Of a stretch of DNA of 64,000 nucleotides, positions 12,392-21,533 are shown piece by piece. A program made the position numbers and the translations under genes. Positions within the stretch are counted from its first letter, which is position 1; every line of letters begins with the position of its first letter. Below the pieces are notes generated by a model. The model was given only the letters and a program-made list of their open reading frames with translations. It searched no databases and was not told the origin of the DNA. The stretch comes from Chlorobium chlorochromatii (lineage in GTDB: Bacteria; Bacteroidota; Chlorobiia; Chlorobiales; Chlorobiaceae): contig DYND01000003.1 in assembly GCA_020721255.1 (NCBI GenBank), positions 14,173-78,172 of the forward strand. Reading direction: 5' to 3'.

Positions 12392-14350
12392 ATGTTTGAA
12401 GCTCGTAACCTCTCCCTCAGTGTTGGCACAAAACAACTCCTCTCCGACACATCATTCCGTATTGGCGACAAAGATCGCGTCGCTCTTGTTGGTCTTAATG
12501 GAACCGGTAAAACAACGCTCTTACGCCTTATCAGCGGCACATCAAAAGACACCGGACTTATCACCGACGGGCAATTCCTCAAATCAGCAGAAACCACTAT
12601 CGGTTACCTGCCCCAGGAAATTTCGTTTGATGACGATCTTGAAAAAACCGCATTGCAATACGCCCTTCAAGCAAACGTCCGGTTGTTCGAGCTCTCGGAA
12701 AAAATAACCAAAATGGAGCACGAACTTGCTCTCCCCGATCAGGATTATGAGAGTGAAGCATATCACCAGTTGATTGAGCGATTCTCTGATGCCATGCACG
12801 AATTTGAGCATCTTGGCGGCTACACCATGCAGTCTGATGCAGAAAAAGTGCTGGCCGGACTTGGATTCAGCGAAATAGATTTTCATAAAAAGGTGAAAGC
12901 TTTCTCCGGCGGCTGGCAAATGCGCCTGCACATCACCAAGCTGCTGCTGCAGAATCCAACTCTCCTGCTGCTCGACGAACCGACCAACCACCTCGATATC
13001 GACTCACTCCGCTGGCTCGAAAACTATCTCCTCAACTACGAGCACAGCTACATTATTGTCTCGCACGATCGCTTTTTCCTCGACAAGCTTACCACCAAAA
13101 CGCTCGAAATCGCCTTTGAACGTATCCACGAATACAAGGGGAACTACTCTTACTACGAAAAAGAGAAGGCTGAACGCTATGAACTGTTGATGGGTAAGTA
13201 TGAGAATGATCTCAAAAAAATGGAGGAGCTGAAAGCTTTTGTTGACCGCTTCCGCTACAAAGCAACCAAAGCACGTCAAGCACAAAGCCGCCTGCGGCAG
13301 ATGGAGAAAATGGAAAAAAATCTCCAGTCACCAGAAGAGGATCTCTCCAGAATCTCCTTCAAGTTTCCAAAAGCGAGCCCATCAGGGCGTGAAGTCATGC
13401 GTCTTGAGGAGATCAAAAAAGCATATCTCTTGCCAGACGGTGCCACCAAACAGGTGTTGAATGGCATTAATCTTGAGGTAATGCGTGGCGACAGAATTGC
13501 TATTGTCGGCTCGAATGGCGCAGGTAAATCGACCTTCTGCAAAATTCTTGCCGGAGAAATTGACTTTGAAGGCAAGCTCTCCATGGGGCACAATGTCACC
13601 ATGAACTATTTTGCACAGCACCAGACCGAGTACCTCGCACAAGAGAAAAGCATTTATATGGAAATGATGGATTCCGCGCCATCATCAGAAGCGCAGAAAA
13701 AAGTGCGCGACATCCTTGGCTGCTTCCTCTTCAGTGGCGACACCGTCAACAAAAAAATCAGAGTGTTGTCCGGCGGAGAAAAATCGCGCGTAGCTCTTGC
13801 CAAAATTCTTCTGCAGGCCTCTAACCTCCTGATTATGGATGAACCAACCAACCATCTCGACATGCGGTCAAAAGAGATGCTGATTGATTCCCTTGAATAT
13901 TATGATGGCACGCTGCTGATTGTCAGCCACGACCGCTACTTCCTCGATAGTCTGGTCAACAAAGTGGTGGAAATAAAAAATGGGATGCTGCAACTCCATC
14001 TTGGCACATACGCCGAGTACCTCGAAAAAGCGGAAAAAGCCATTGAAGCTGAACGCCAGCAGGAGATTGCTGCCAGGCAGAAAAATCATAATACACCATC
14101 AAAAACAACTGAAAAAGAGCAAGAACAGGCAAAGCAAAATGCTGCATCCAGAAAAAATAAAAGGCGCATTGATGAAATTGAACAAAAAATCAATCGTCTT
14201 GAACGACAGAAAGAGGCAATGGAAACCTTGATGGCAACGGAAGATTTCTACAAAAAAAGCCAGGAAGAGACTGCCAAAACGCTCGATAGCTACCATGCGT
14301 TATGCAATGAACTGAATGTGCTCTTCACAGAGTGGGAAAAAGGAGCTTGA
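12392..14350 (+). CDS. ABC-F family ATPase (YheS/Uup/EttA-like translation factor)
   Basis: Two ABC domains ([16 protein letters not shown]; [10 protein letters not shown]-type motif twice), inter-domain linker, C-terminal coiled coil, no TM segments. Confidence 0.93.
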   Translation: MFEARNLSLSVGTKQLLSDTSFRIGDKDRVALVGLNGTGKTTLLRLISGTSKDTGLITDGQFLKSAETTIGYLPQEISFDDDLEKTALQYALQANVRLFELSEKITKMEHELALPDQDYESEAYHQLIERFSDAMHEFEHLGGYTMQSDAEKVLAGLGFSEIDFHKKVKAFSGGWQMRLHITKLLLQNPTLLLLDEPTNHLDIDSLRWLENYLLNYEHSYIIVSHDRFFLDKLTTKTLEIAFERIHEYKGNYSYYEKEKAERYELLMGKYENDLKKMEELKAFVDRFRYKATKARQAQSRLRQMEKMEKNLQSPEEDLSRISFKFPKASPSGREVMRLEEIKKAYLLPDGATKQVLNGINLEVMRGDRIAIVGSNGAGKSTFCKILAGEIDFEGKLSMGHNVTMNYFAQHQTEYLAQEKSIYMEMMDSAPSSEAQKKVRDILGCFLFSGDTVNKKIRVLSGGEKSRVALAKILLQASNLLIMDEPTNHLDMRSKEMLIDSLEYYDGTLLIVSHDRYFLDSLVNKVVEIKNGMLQLHLGTYAEYLEKAEKAIEAERQQEIAARQKNHNTPSKTTEKEQEQAKQNAASRKNKRRIDEIEQKINRLERQKEAMETLMATEDFYKKSQEETAKTLDSYHALCNELNVLFTEWEKGA

Positions 14351-14391
14351 GTTATAGTGAATTCGAGGAAAAGGCAAGAAATGCAAATCAT

Positions 14392-15606
14392 TCAGTAGAG
14401 AAAGCCGAAAAGCCACAGTGGAATTTTGTTCTGAAATCCGGTCTCAATATCATCCGCAACAACAAAGCTCTTTTCAACTCCACTAATCTGTGCAAAACCC
14501 TTTCCTTTTCCACCTATTTCAAAAATATATTGTGCCTTGACAATAAAATCGCCTTTGCTCGACAGCTCAATGGTGTTTTCAACAAGGCCGGGATGAAGTG
14601 CGCTGGCATTGCGCAATTGATTGACAAAAAAGAGTGCGCGTAAAGCGCCAGTATTAACCTTATCGGCAATCGCATACATCAGATTGCTGTTCTCAAGATA
14701 AATCTTGTCGGGCTTCGTCAACACCTCATAGCCTCTCCCCTGACTGCGCACCAGATTCAGCAACCGTGCATCCTGCAGATTCTCCAGATATTCGTAAAGC
14801 CGTGGCCGTGATATATCGGTAGCTTCTGCTAATTTTGAAATGTTTGGAGTAAACGGAACACTTATTGCCAACAAGTAAAGCAGTTTTTTTAGCTTTGAAA
14901 GCTGCCGCGCTTCAATGCGATTCACCAGAGGGAGATCAACTTCAAGAATGTGGTTGATAACCTCCCGAAGTCGAAAAAGATAGGTGCCCGGACTCTCCAT
15001 AAAAAATGGATAGTAGCCGATCTGCTGGTAATCGCGAAAGAGCCGACGAACCGTTATTTCACGGCACAACGTTTCGGCAATCTGGCAATGCCCTGCAAGA
15101 ATATCTTCCAGTGAATATGCGTTGTACGCTTTGTTTTCGGTGAAATTGAGATACTCCCGAAAAGAGAGACCATGGAGATTGAAAATGATAGCACGTCGGC
15201 TTAAATCAGCTTTTTGTTTTGATATCTGCAAAAGGCTGGAGCCTGAAAAGACAACTTTCAACTTGGGAAAAGAGTCGTAGATAGCCTTGATGTCAACCGC
15301 CCAATCAGGGTATTTGTGAATTTCGTCCACCAGAAGCAATTCACCGCCAAACTGATGAAACTCCCGCGCAAACTCGAAAAGGTTATGCGCCTGAAAATAA
15401 GGACTATCAACAGAAATATAGAGCGCTTGATCAGAATCGCCATACCGCTCACGCACATGCTGCAACATCAACGTTGTTTTTCCAGTGCCTCGCGCTCCAA
15501 GAATCCCGATACAGCGCTCATTCCAGTCAATACTGCTATAGAGGTAGCGCTTCACAGCGCTTACTGATGCAATCAGCCGATGCTGTTCTCTGAAAAAGTT
15601 TTCCAT
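14392..15606 (-). CDS. AAA_14-type ATPase with DUF4143-like C-terminus
   Basis: GARGTGKTT Walker A, LLVDEIHKY Walker B, FSGSS, LSFREYL, KPDKIYLENSNL, C-terminal KIPLWLFGFLY. Confidence 0.85.
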   Translation of the reverse strand: MENFFREQHRLIASVSAVKRYLYSSIDWNERCIGILGARGTGKTTLMLQHVRERYGDSDQALYISVDSPYFQAHNLFEFAREFHQFGGELLLVDEIHKYPDWAVDIKAIYDSFPKLKVVFSGSSLLQISKQKADLSRRAIIFNLHGLSFREYLNFTENKAYNAYSLEDILAGHCQIAETLCREITVRRLFRDYQQIGYYPFFMESPGTYLFRLREVINHILEVDLPLVNRIEARQLSKLKKLLYLLAISVPFTPNISKLAEATDISRPRLYEYLENLQDARLLNLVRSQGRGYEVLTKPDKIYLENSNLMYAIADKVNTGALRALFFVNQLRNASALHPGLVENTIELSSKGDFIVKAQYIFEIGGKGKGFAQISGVEKSFVVADDIETGFQNKIPLWLFGFLY

Positions 15607-15640
15607 TGACAACTATCCCGCACTTTTTGTAAAACAGATT

Positions 15641-15775
15641 TTACAAATATACAAAATAAATGCAAAAAGCGACAACTACTGTTACAACAGCAAACAAGCA
15701 AAAATCTGTATAATGGATGTATTCAAGGAGATTCTGAATCAGACTGTACAGCGGTAAATCATGGTACAATGTCAT
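15641..15775 (-). pseudogene. Probable 5' remnant of a DGR accessory (avd, four-helix bundle) gene
   Basis: 44-codon ORF MTLYHDLPLYSLIQNLLEYI... resembles Avd N-termini (recalled pattern MxLYxxLPvY...LL) and starts about 20 nt after the hairpin, then drifts into unrelated sequence. Confidence 0.45.
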
Positions 15776-15793
15776 ACCACAAAATTATTTTTG

Positions 15794-15813
15794 ACAGGGG
15801 GCAAGCCCCCTGT
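15794..15813. promoter_or_regulatory. GC-rich hairpin/cruciform downstream of the putative variable repeat (DGR cis element)
   Basis: Perfect inverted repeat ACAGGGGGC-AA-GCCCCCTGT about 30 nt after the stop codon of the DUF1566 gene. Confidence 0.65.
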
Positions 15814-15841
15814 ACCCCCTAATGGTTAAAGGGATAAATAG

Positions 15842-15976
15842 TTAAAAAGCCCGCACAGCCCGAACACACAACCTGCTGTCCTTGTTGCCGTCGTAGATCT
15901 GGAGGCCATTGCTGAAGTACTGGAGCCACGCGCCGAGTGCGCTGTACTCCGTAGAACTCCAGTAGGTGTATCCGGA
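15842..15976 (-). repeat. Putative DGR variable repeat (VR); template repeat not in window
   Basis: 21 of 34 codons from S(TCC) to S(AGC) end in C (TAC, ACC, AGC, CTC, GGC, TTC, ATC, GAC, AAC), unlike the mostly T-ending upstream codons; an A-free 30-nt stretch ends at the stop. Confidence 0.65.
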
Positions 15977-16297
15977 AAAACCGCCAACAGCACTTTTATG
16001 CTTGTAAAGCTCATTTAGTTCCCATTTGCCGGGTAAATACCAGTCAGAAAAGCCACCATCGACAAAACGCTCACCAGCATCTTTTGCTCCCTGCCAATCA
16101 TATTCACCCGGTAAATCTCTTGTTGCTGCTACCAATCCGTGCTGACGGGACTCATCTACATAAAACACAATACCGCCCTGATAACGCTGACCAATAGATA
16201 CCGCAGAGGAAACTGCTGAAACCGTCACCATACTCAAACTGGTGAACAAGAACATTATCCATAGTCGCGCAAAGCGAGCGTTTGCATGAAGTTGCAT
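15842..16297 (-). CDS. Exported DUF1566 (Lcl C-terminal/C-type lectin fold) protein, probable DGR variable protein
   Basis: Hydrophobic N-terminus, IGQRYQGGIVFYVD...HGLVAA, DWYLP..ELNEL, YWSSTE..AW..YF..G..VRAVRAF; start chosen at MQLHAN. Confidence 0.85.
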   Translation of the reverse strand: MQLHANARFARLWIMFLFTSLSMVTVSAVSSAVSIGQRYQGGIVFYVDESRQHGLVAATRDLPGEYDWQGAKDAGERFVDGGFSDWYLPGKWELNELYKHKSAVGGFSGYTYWSSTEYSALGAWLQYFSNGLQIYDGNKDSRLCVRAVRAF

Positions 16298-16430
16298 GAT
16301 GATTGCTGTTTGGTGTTGAAGATTTGTGAAAACAGTTGCAATGTACAAAATTTGCCGTTTTGTCTGCACCATCAACCTATTATCGTTATCTTTAGAAACT
16401 GAAGCCTCTTTTCACTACCCGATCTCGGTT

Positions 16431-17732
16431 ATGCGCATCTACTTCGATTTCGACAGGCACCGGACATCGTACAGGCAAGAAACTCTGGCTGGCATCACTA
16501 CTTTTTTCACCCTCGCCTACATTATTATAGTTAATCCAGCCATTCTTGCCGCTGCTGGAATTCCTAAAGGCGCCTCCATGACGGCGACAATCCTCACCTC
16601 TATTTTCGGAACGCTGCTGATGGGTGTTTACGCCAAGCGGCCTTTTGCAGTAGCCCCATATATGGGCGAAAATGCCTTTGTTGCCTACACCGTGGTGCAG
16701 ACACTCGGTTACTCGTGGCAAACAGCTATGGCGGCAATCTTTATCAGTGGAATCCTCTTCACCTTGATCACCATCGGCGGATTGCGTCAATGGCTGGCAG
16801 AGGCAATTCCTTCGTCGCTCAAACACAGCTTTTCGGTGGGAATTGGCCTCTTCCTTGCGTTTATCGGACTGAACGATATGGGCATCGTAGCGCTTGGGGT
16901 TCCCGGCGCTCCGGTACAATTGGCTAATATTGCAAAACTACCGGTGCTGCTAAGCCTTGGCTGTCTGCTCCTTACAGCCATTCTCCTCATCAGAAAGATA
17001 ACAGGCGCCCTGCTCATCGGCATGACCGTCACCACCGCGGTATTTCTCATAACAGGCCTTGTTCCCATGCCAACGGCAGTGTTCAGCCTGCCGCCCTCCA
17101 TTGAGCCGATCTTCATGAAAATTGATATGCAGGGCGCGTTGACCTGGGGATTTGTGGGGGTAATTATCAGTGTTCTGGTTATGGATTTTGTCGATACCAT
17201 GGGCACTCTGTTCGGATTGTCCTCAAGAGCAAATCTACTTGATGAGGATGATAATCTGCCGGATATTCAAAAACCGATGCTGGTCGATGCACTGTCAACC
17301 ATCGCTGCATCGCTGTTCGGCACAACCACTGCGGGTGTCTTTATCGAATCAGCCGCCGGTATCGAACAGGGTGGCAAAACAGGTTTTACCGCGCTTGTCG
17401 TGGCAGCACTTTTTGCGCTCGCTCTCTTTTTCTCACCAATACTCACTATTGTTCCACCCTTTGCTTATGGCCCTGTTCTACTTCTTGTGGGCATGTTCAT
17501 GATGCAGTCTGTCACGAAATTCAACTTCAATGATTACAGCGAACTGCTACCGGCATTTCTGACGATTGTGTTGATGATTTTCACCTTTAATATCGGTGTC
17601 GGCATCACCGCCGGATTCATCGCCTACGTTCTTTTGAAACTTTTCATCGGAAAAATACATGAGGTACGCAGCGGAATGTGGATTCTTGCCCTGCTTTCGC
17701 TTACCTTCTATCTCTTCTACCCTTACCACTAA
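16431..17732 (+). CDS. NCS2/AzgA-family purine permease
   Basis: ETLAGITTFFTLAYIIIVNP, APYMGENAF, DFVDTMGT, FIESAAGIEQGGKTG; start chosen at MRIYFDF. Confidence 0.92.
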   Translation: MRIYFDFDRHRTSYRQETLAGITTFFTLAYIIIVNPAILAAAGIPKGASMTATILTSIFGTLLMGVYAKRPFAVAPYMGENAFVAYTVVQTLGYSWQTAMAAIFISGILFTLITIGGLRQWLAEAIPSSLKHSFSVGIGLFLAFIGLNDMGIVALGVPGAPVQLANIAKLPVLLSLGCLLLTAILLIRKITGALLIGMTVTTAVFLITGLVPMPTAVFSLPPSIEPIFMKIDMQGALTWGFVGVIISVLVMDFVDTMGTLFGLSSRANLLDEDDNLPDIQKPMLVDALSTIAASLFGTTTAGVFIESAAGIEQGGKTGFTALVVAALFALALFFSPILTIVPPFAYGPVLLLVGMFMMQSVTKFNFNDYSELLPAFLTIVLMIFTFNIGVGITAGFIAYVLLKLFIGKIHEVRSGMWILALLSLTFYLFYPYH

Positions 17733-17745
17733 ACTGGACAGAACA

Positions 17746-18603
17746 ATGCTCAACGCAAAACTGCGAATAGCCCAGATAGATTGCACACTTGCCAATTTTG
17801 ACGAGAATCTTGCCCGGCACTGCACCCTTGCGGAAGAGGCTATCCGCGACGGTGCGGATGCCATCGCCTTCCCTGAACTCTCGCTGACCGGATATAATGT
17901 ACAGGATGCCGCACAGGATATTGCCATGCACATTGAAGATGCGCGGTTCAATCCTCTGCGTGAACTGAGCCGGAAAATCTGCATAATCTGCGGCGGCATC
18001 GAGCTGAGCAACGATTACGGCGTCTATAACTCGGCATTTATGTTTGAGGAGGGAACCGGTCGTAGCATTCATCGCAAAATTTATCTTCCGACTTACGGCA
18101 TGTTTGAAGAGCTGCGTTACTTTTCCGCCGGTCAGCAAATCAAGGCAGTCATCTCAAAACGGCTCGGTAAAATCGGCGTAGCGATCTGTGAAGATTTCTG
18201 GCACGTCTCGGTGCCTTACCTGCTTGCCCATCAGGGCGCCAAACTACTCTTTGTGCTGATGTCGAGCCCCCTGCGAATGTCGCCAGGCACCGGCAATCCA
18301 GCAATTGTAACGCAATGGCAAACCATTGCATCAACCTACTCATTTCTCTTCAGCAGCTATGTCGCCTGCGTCAACCGAGTGGGAAATGAGGACAGCTTTA
18401 CCTACTGGGGAAATTCTTCAGTAACCGGCCCTGAGGGCAACGTCATCTGCGCCGCTCCCCTTTTTGAGCCATATATGATGGATGCTGTGCTTGATGTTAC
18501 TGAAGTTAAACGTGCACGTCTGCATTCATCTCATTTTCTGGATGAGGATCTGCGATTGATTGGTGCTGAGTTAAATGAGATTATTACGCTGGGACGTGCC
18601 TGA
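17746..18603 (+). CDS. Nitrilase/carbon-nitrogen hydrolase, similar to the stand-alone glutaminase domain of NAD synthetase
   Basis: E-K-C triad: FPELSLTGY, HRKIYLPTYGMFEELRYF, ICEDFW; NRVGNED. Confidence 0.85.
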   Translation: MLNAKLRIAQIDCTLANFDENLARHCTLAEEAIRDGADAIAFPELSLTGYNVQDAAQDIAMHIEDARFNPLRELSRKICIICGGIELSNDYGVYNSAFMFEEGTGRSIHRKIYLPTYGMFEELRYFSAGQQIKAVISKRLGKIGVAICEDFWHVSVPYLLAHQGAKLLFVLMSSPLRMSPGTGNPAIVTQWQTIASTYSFLFSSYVACVNRVGNEDSFTYWGNSSVTGPEGNVICAAPLFEPYMMDAVLDVTEVKRARLHSSHFLDEDLRLIGAELNEIITLGRA

Positions 18604-18614
18604 ACAGGATTCCG

Positions 18615-19532
18615 CTAATACCCAAAACTCTTTAACAAATTGTTTTTTTTGCGCCAATCAGGTCTAACTTTAATAAAAAGTTCTAAAAAAACAGGGCGCC
18701 CAAGCATCGCTTCAATATCTTTTCTTGCTGTTTGACCAAGCTTTTTCAGAGCAGCGCCTTTGCTGCCTATTAAAATCTGCTTTTGAGTATCACGCTCAAC
18801 AATCACAGAACAACGGATAAGATCTTTACGTGTAGGATCATCCTCATACTGCTCCTTAAACTCATCAATAACCACCTCCGTCGAATAAGGAACCTCACGC
18901 CCGTACTGAAGAAATATCTTTTCGCGAATAATTTCACTCACAAAAAATCGCTCCGGTGCCGTACTGAGCGTATCCTCCGGATAAAGTGGTTCATGCATGG
19001 GCAAAAATGGCTGAAGAGCATCCACAAGCTGCATCATATTTTTAGCTTTTAATGCTGACACTGAGAGCACCTTCGCAGGCATCCATCGCTTTTGCACAAA
19101 AGCCTCAACGTGCTGATGTCGCTCCGCACTCACCAAATCACATTTATTCAGCACCACAATAATCGGCTTACCAGTCGATTGCAACCAACTGGTAAACAGC
19201 TCATCGGCAAACTCCACATCAATACCATCCGGTGTAACAGCATAGGGCAACAACGCAATAACCACATCAGCATCCTTTAAAGTATCTCGGACAATACCAA
19301 GCATAGATTCGTGCAGTTTCTGCTGGGGCTTCATAATACCCGGAGTATCAAGAAAAATAATCTGACACGTATCGTTATGGTAAATACCAGTGATTTTTTT
19401 TCGAGTTGTTTGTGGTTTCGGAGTAACAATGGAAAGCTTAAAATCAAGCAGCTCATTCAACAAGGTTGACTTTCCTGCATTTGGTGGTCCAATAATAATG
19501 GCAAATCCACAAGAAAAAAGAGAGTCGGTCAT
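18615..19532 (-). CDS. era: GTPase Era
   Basis: [25 protein letters not shown] domain (EIIREKIF...EVPYS). Confidence 0.97.
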   Translation of the reverse strand: MTDSLFSCGFAIIIGPPNAGKSTLLNELLDFKLSIVTPKPQTTRKKITGIYHNDTCQIIFLDTPGIMKPQQKLHESMLGIVRDTLKDADVVIALLPYAVTPDGIDVEFADELFTSWLQSTGKPIIVVLNKCDLVSAERHQHVEAFVQKRWMPAKVLSVSALKAKNMMQLVDALQPFLPMHEPLYPEDTLSTAPERFFVSEIIREKIFLQYGREVPYSTEVVIDEFKEQYEDDPTRKDLIRCSVIVERDTQKQILIGSKGAALKKLGQTARKDIEAMLGRPVFLELFIKVRPDWRKKNNLLKSFGY

Positions 19533-19624
19533 AAAAATTATAGGAAAGGTTCAAGCTCTTTCAAGAATACAATACTAAATTACACTCTTGCATGATAGCC
19601 AAAAAAGATGACTCATAAACAGAA

Positions 19625-20887
19625 ATGAATAAACAACCGGCAATTGATACATGGCTTCTCAGTTCTGTCATGGGGCTTATTATACTGGGATTAATGGCAA
19701 TTTACAGTGCCACCAATGGCAGTGGTGACACATCCCTCTTTTACAGGCAATTCGCTTGGGCGATTTTTGGCGTATTCGCACTGATGTTTGTCTATTATAA
19801 TGATATTCATGTTATCCGCGATAACGCCTATATATTTTATGCTATAGGCGTTATTCTCCTTATAGCTGTATTAATTTTTGGACGAAAAATTGCTGGTCAA
19901 ACAAGCTGGATGAAAATTGGCTTTTTTAGTTTTCAACCATCTGAAATAGCAAAAATGTCCATTATTCTTGCAATGGCACGATACTTATCCGATGATAATA
20001 CGGATATTCAATCGATACCACATCTTTTTACTGCGCTTGCCATAGCATTAGTTCCAATGATGCTTATCATGCTGCAACCCGATATGGGAACAATGCTTAC
20101 TATTGTGCCATTAATTACAACAATGCTGATTATGGCAGGCTTCGATATCTACATTTTAATGTTGATGGGCTTCCCAATTCTTTTAATGATTTCAGGCTTT
20201 TTCAATATATATCTGATCTTCATACTCGCCATTATTCTGGCATTAGCACTCTTCATCAAACAACAGAAATTGCAGCTTCATCAGTTATTTGTTATCGGCC
20301 CGGGTGTAGCCGCAGGATTATTTATGAATCGTTTTGCACACGAAATATTGAAACCCCACCAGATCAAACGAATTCAAACCTTTATTGATCCTATGTCTGA
20401 CCCACAAGGTGCAGGCTATAATGCACTGCAAGCTAAAATAGCAATAAGTTCCGGAGGTTTCTGGGGAAAAGGATTTCTTGAAGGTACTCAAACACAATTA
20501 CGTTTTATTCCTGCTCAATGGACTGATTTTATTTTTTGCGTTATTGCTGAAGAGCTTGGTTTTATAGGCGCCGCTCTTCTCATAGCTCTCTTTATGACCG
20601 TTATTCTCCGCTTGATTGGAACTATTTTTGCTATTACCAACAAGTTTGTCCAACTCACACTTGGCGGCTTTGTGTCTCTGATGTTTGTGCATGTCATCAT
20701 TAATATCGGGATGACACTTGGTCTTATTCCTGTTATTGGTGTTCCGTTGCCGTTAGTCTCTTATGGGGGGTCATCGCTGGTAGGAAATATGATGATGATT
20801 GGGCTTGCCTTGAATTTCTTCCGTAATAAAAGAAATCTTGGATATCACAGCAGTGTTATTGTTACTCGAAAAAAAAGCGCACTGTAG
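19625..20887 (+). CDS. rodA: Rod shape-determining protein RodA (SEDS family)
   Basis: [44 protein letters not shown]. Confidence 0.93.
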   Translation: MNKQPAIDTWLLSSVMGLIILGLMAIYSATNGSGDTSLFYRQFAWAIFGVFALMFVYYNDIHVIRDNAYIFYAIGVILLIAVLIFGRKIAGQTSWMKIGFFSFQPSEIAKMSIILAMARYLSDDNTDIQSIPHLFTALAIALVPMMLIMLQPDMGTMLTIVPLITTMLIMAGFDIYILMLMGFPILLMISGFFNIYLIFILAIILALALFIKQQKLQLHQLFVIGPGVAAGLFMNRFAHEILKPHQIKRIQTFIDPMSDPQGAGYNALQAKIAISSGGFWGKGFLEGTQTQLRFIPAQWTDFIFCVIAEELGFIGAALLIALFMTVILRLIGTIFAITNKFVQLTLGGFVSLMFVHVIINIGMTLGLIPVIGVPLPLVSYGGSSLVGNMMMIGLALNFFRNKRNLGYHSSVIVTRKKSAL

Positions 20888-20898
20888 TGCGCTTTTTT
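20869..20898. terminator. Bidirectional terminator overlapping the rodA stop
   Basis: A-run + GCGCACT-GT-AGTGCGC + T6 between convergent genes. Confidence 0.75.
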
Positions 20899-20916
20899 AC
20901 TGTACTGTTGTACGTA

Positions 20917-21387
20917 TCAATATTGCCGAATACGGTAAACAAAACGTTTTCCCTCTTGACCAACTGGAACGCGTTCAATTTCATTATCATCAAGACCATA
21001 TTTATTAAACCAGAGACTTACCGATGTCCCTTTTGTCTCTAATGCTTCAGCTATCTCACGAGGTTTAAAGCTTCTTTCAGAATTTGAACGAAGTAAATCT
21101 TTGATGGCCACACCAAGCTGACCACGACTGAATTTCTGAACGCTCGATGATTCTTGAGCCACCGAAGCAACACCGTCAAGTTTGGGAAGATTCGCTTCAA
21201 GCTTTTTTATAACTGACGCAAGTTCATCTTCCAAGGGTTTGAGTCTTTCAAAATACTCAGATTTTATATGATTTAGTTCAGCCTGAAGTCTTTTTTTCTC
21301 TTCAACCATCGATTGAAAAACATCAAACTTTGCAATAAAACGATCATATTTATCCGGCGATTCAACCTCTTGTCTTATAAAACTCAT
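20917..21387 (-). CDS. Hypothetical protein, N-terminal coiled coil and probable C-terminal winged helix
   Basis: 156 aa; heptad-rich N-half; FKPREIAEALETKGTSVSLWF helix-turn-helix-like segment. Confidence 0.7.
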   Translation of the reverse strand: MSFIRQEVESPDKYDRFIAKFDVFQSMVEEKKRLQAELNHIKSEYFERLKPLEDELASVIKKLEANLPKLDGVASVAQESSSVQKFSRGQLGVAIKDLLRSNSERSFKPREIAEALETKGTSVSLWFNKYGLDDNEIERVPVGQEGKRFVYRIRQY

Positions 21388-21533
21388 AATTTTTCCTTTA
21401 TTGTGTTTAAAAAATAATAAAAAGATGTTTCTTGAAGTCCATGAAAATATATAACAATATTATCTTCTCTACAAAAGGATATTATGTAATCATGTTTTGC
21501 ACTATGGCAAAAGAGTGATAACTATTACAAGCA

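Noticed and set aside
16298-16430. Purine riboswitch upstream of the NCS2 permease, and the long N-terminal extensions of ORFs 15842..16375 and 16326..17732
   Set aside because: No riboswitch core is visible. The extensions overlap head-to-head and lack family features, so downstream ATGs were preferred.
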